Shown in pieces: positions 61,091 to 64,000 of a stretch of 64,000 bases of DNA; position 1 is the stretch's first letter, and the number at the start of each line of letters is the position of its first letter. Location of the stretch: NCBI GenBank assembly GCA_010093815.1, contig ML996567.1; one strand, given 5' to 3'. The position numbers were made by a program, and so were the translations under genes. This stretch comes from Pseudovirgaria hyperparasitica. Its lineage: Eukaryota. The notes below the pieces were generated by a model. The model worked only from the letters and a program-made list of their open reading frames with translations, did not search any database and was not told the DNA's origin.

Positions 61091-62620
61091 TCAGTCGAAC
61101 CCGTTCACGCCGTCCGGCTCGCCATATGTGTCGTTGTGACTAAACACCTCAAAGTTGTCATCGACCAACCACTTGAAATCCTCGCTCTCCGGCCTCAGCG
61201 TTCGCGCCAGCCCATTTCCTGGTTTCGGAAAGTGACCCGTGTCATAGTCCTCGTCGTACGCATCTGTCAGGGGTACGCTTGTAGGCGCAGAGCCTGAATT
61301 CAATGCTGCTGTGGTAAGGGCGGATGGAAGAGAGTCAGTCGACGCGGGTGGTGATGAGAGCGAAGATGTACTTTGTGCGTTGCTGTTGGATTGGGGTGGT
61401 TTGAGGAGTGATGAGGGGGCTAGAGATGTCGTTCCGTTGGTAGCGTGATTGATGTCGTTGAGTTTCATACGAGCGTTTGAGGTGAAGACTGGGAGGTTGG
61501 GGTGGAGGGAGGCCGAATGGCATAGGAGATCAACGAGTGTGCTAGACGGGAGAGAGGAGAAGTACTGGCGTTTCTGCGAGTGTTAGGCCAAAACGCAGAC
61601 GCAGTGGAGGTAGACTTACTTCATCTGGATTCAATTCAGGGGCAGCGACTAGAGAGTTGAGTGTCAGTCCAGACCCCGCGACTGCACTCGTAGCTTGCGA
61701 TGACAGCCTTGCTTTTGAGCATTCGGAGCACAACCACTCTTTGTCCTGAATCTTGACGACATCCTTGCCGATCGGAGGGTCATGGCAATACTGGTGATAT
61801 GGCGAATTACAACCATCGCAGTAGACTATGAAGTTTCCACTCTGGCTCGTTGCCCGCGAACAAATCTTACAAACGATCAGCTCTGGCTTCTTGATGTGCG
61901 TTCTTTTGCGCTTAGTTCCCGATGACGGTGACGGTAAAACGGGGACGAATTGCGTTGGTTTCGATACTTGGCGACCCGATTTTGTCTGCGTGATCTGTGG
62001 GGTGTAGTTCTCCGATGTGTCTGAGTCGTCGTCCTGTCTATCATTAGCATCGGCATGGTATGACGATGGACGCTCACTACTGCATCGTCCTCGTCGGAGT
62101 TATCCTCTCGTTTTCTCTTGCCTCCCCTTCCTCCGCCTCTGCTACCGCGCCCTCGCCCACGTCCCCTTCCTTTTGTACCAGTCGGTGTCATGCCGGCAGC
62201 AGACGTGCTTGTACCGTTTATGCTTTCACCATTTGCGAGCGGACTTCCTGCGGTTGGTCGACCACCTCTTCCTCCACCACGTCCACGCGATGATAGCACA
62301 GGCTGAGCAGGTGTACCTAACCGGTCGCTTGTAACCATGTTCTTCAGTATCGACTCCCTCGCAGCTTCGTAGCCCGGTGTCCCTGCTCTTGCCGCATTTG
62401 CGCCCACGACTCTCTTCAATATCTCCTCCGTCGAAGCGCTATATTTGGGGAAATCCGCTGGCGAAGACGGGCCGGTTCCGCCATTTGGCTTCCCACTCGT
62501 CATCGAACTGGAGAGTGACATCAAGGGCGAGGGCGACGACCAGGTTGCTCTTGTACTGCTTGAGGCCGTAGCTAATTGCTGCGCCGTTGCTGTTGAAGGC
62601 GCAACCGAGCTGTTCTGCAT
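61091..62620 (-). CDS. PHD-finger chromatin protein (S. pombe Phf1/Phf2-like)
   Basis: Exons 62620-62078, 62033-61620, 61573-61091. CKICSR...IVYCDGCNSPYHQYCHDPPI...WLCSEC; RG-rich segment; TKSGRQVSKP; ends FSH-containing tail. Confidence 0.85.
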
Positions 62621-63298
62621 GGATGCTGAAGATTTGGCGCTATTGAATGGACGTGGATCCAGAGGAGATCAAAGGTTTGAGAGAACTGAACAGATGCATG
62701 TGGTATCTTAAGGTCTGGCAGAGCTGTAGAAGGCGCTGCTGATCCTTGGTCGCGCACGCCTTGGGTCGGCTTGGAGTTGCTGTGGGTCCGTCGTCCTTTG
62801 GAGGCTTGAGAGGCGAGGCGGGCGGCCGCTTCCCCGATGAGGTAACTACCACAGCGGCTGTAGCTGCCAAGAGCTATAGTTTATGGCTCTGTCTTTCACT
62901 GTGTTTTTTCTTCTCTAGAATGGTGTTCTAGTATTTGAAGAACAGACTAAACATAATTCTGTGAAAGGTTCACCGGTCACATACTACATGCATGGAATAA
63001 TGCTCGGTCAGGTGGAAAAATCTAGCAAGGTCTGACCGGAGCTGATATTCACTTTATCTCTTCTACATAAGTGAAACAATAGCGGGCTTAGCTTGGTACA
63101 ATTCACCGAGAGGGTTTTATTCCAATTTGATAGTCAAATAGAGAAATTATCATTATGTCAAAGACTGTTGTTTCTCTTACGAATCGCTCGAGAAGGAAAT
63201 CGTCAAAACTGGGATATCACTCATAACGTCGTAAAGCATACCGTAAGTCGTGAATCGTCGCTATCGTAAAGAGTTTAGTAATACTTTTAATGCGGCAG

Positions 63299-64000
63299 TC
63301 AAATTCGTCCAGCACATATGTCGTCCCAGACATCCATAAGCGCGTCGGCGTCTATAAGTTGTCAGTCGGCATTACTCGAATGGGCTGAATGATGAGCTAC
63401 CATCAGGGTATGTAAATTCCAATTTGATCCACCCAGTCGTACTGAAGCGTAAACCGTAGGTTTCATGAAAAATATATGGATGTAGTTTTCGAAGATATAC
63501 GACAGACGGATTGATACGTTTGACCCAGCCAGGCTCGTTGACATATTCATTCAAGAATGCTCTGCAACAAAATGTCAGAGACAGGTCTTGTCGCAGGAAG
63601 TCCCTATACTTACGTCCATATGGGACAGACCTTCATACGGCCTCGTTTTGCTACTCATTGTTAGCTTATAGCTTGAAAATGGATTGATAAGACATGCGTG
63701 TGACTTCAATTCGCAAGCAACTGGAGTCGAAATCTCTCCATATACGCATGATATGCCGAAGATTTTCATTCTGAATCTCCCCACTCCAACATAGAGACTC
63801 ACCCCCCTGTAGAGGAAACTCGTCAAGCGCCATGGGATACAGCGTTGGGTCCTGCATTTTCATAGCCACGATGACGCAGAAGAGTAGCACCATTCCTGAC
63901 TTGTAAGCATAACTCTCAAAACATAATTTTGAACGTACTCTCGTGACAGGAAAACTTTAGCCTGGCCCAGATGTCATGTTTACCGTCGTACTGATTGATT
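63299..64000 (-). CDS. 3' part of a conserved fungal hypothetical gene (5' end outside the window)
   Basis: Five exon pieces join in frame: WARLKFSCHERMVLLFCVIVAMKMQD...GE..WSGEI...HIMRIWRD...PIWTAFL...LHPYIF...LEFTYPDDADAL. The model needs one GC-AG intron at 63697-63651. Confidence 0.7.

Noticed and set aside
63075..63095. acaatagcgggcttag resembling RNase P/MRP conserved region V
   Set aside because: No matching upstream CR-I element or P4 pairing found.

Overview
Gene-dense window of a filamentous ascomycete (Pezizomycotina; a Dothideomycete is my guess). It has short GT-AG introns with CTRAY branch sites, so most gene models are stitched by hand from several ORF-track pieces. Most of the window is conserved genes: TRM1, Rds1-like, FGGY kinase, TMEM135-like, MFS/MCT transporter, tRNA-Ala(UGC), PER1, NTE1, PAF1, Nop8-like, COX14-like, DUF2458, MscS-like channel, U2SURP-like and a PHD-finger gene. 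Two accessory-looking blocks stand out. (1) 1-7 kb: an F-box gene, a putative LTR, an intronless PD-(D/E)xK-like ORF that abuts a chromovirus-type chromodomain relic, a Copia RT relic with an inverted RNase H piece, and an APH phosphotransferase. (2) 19.7-28.4 kb: an S41 peptidase divergent from an effector-less NACHT gene carrying an inserted Cys-rich Zn finger, directly followed by a HET-domain gene with a 267-bp internal duplication; this is a candidate allorecognition/immune module. An intronless Mutator-derived (FAR1/WRKY-GCM1) transcription factor candidate lies at about 13 kb. All family calls come from motif recognition by eye; no database searches were run.
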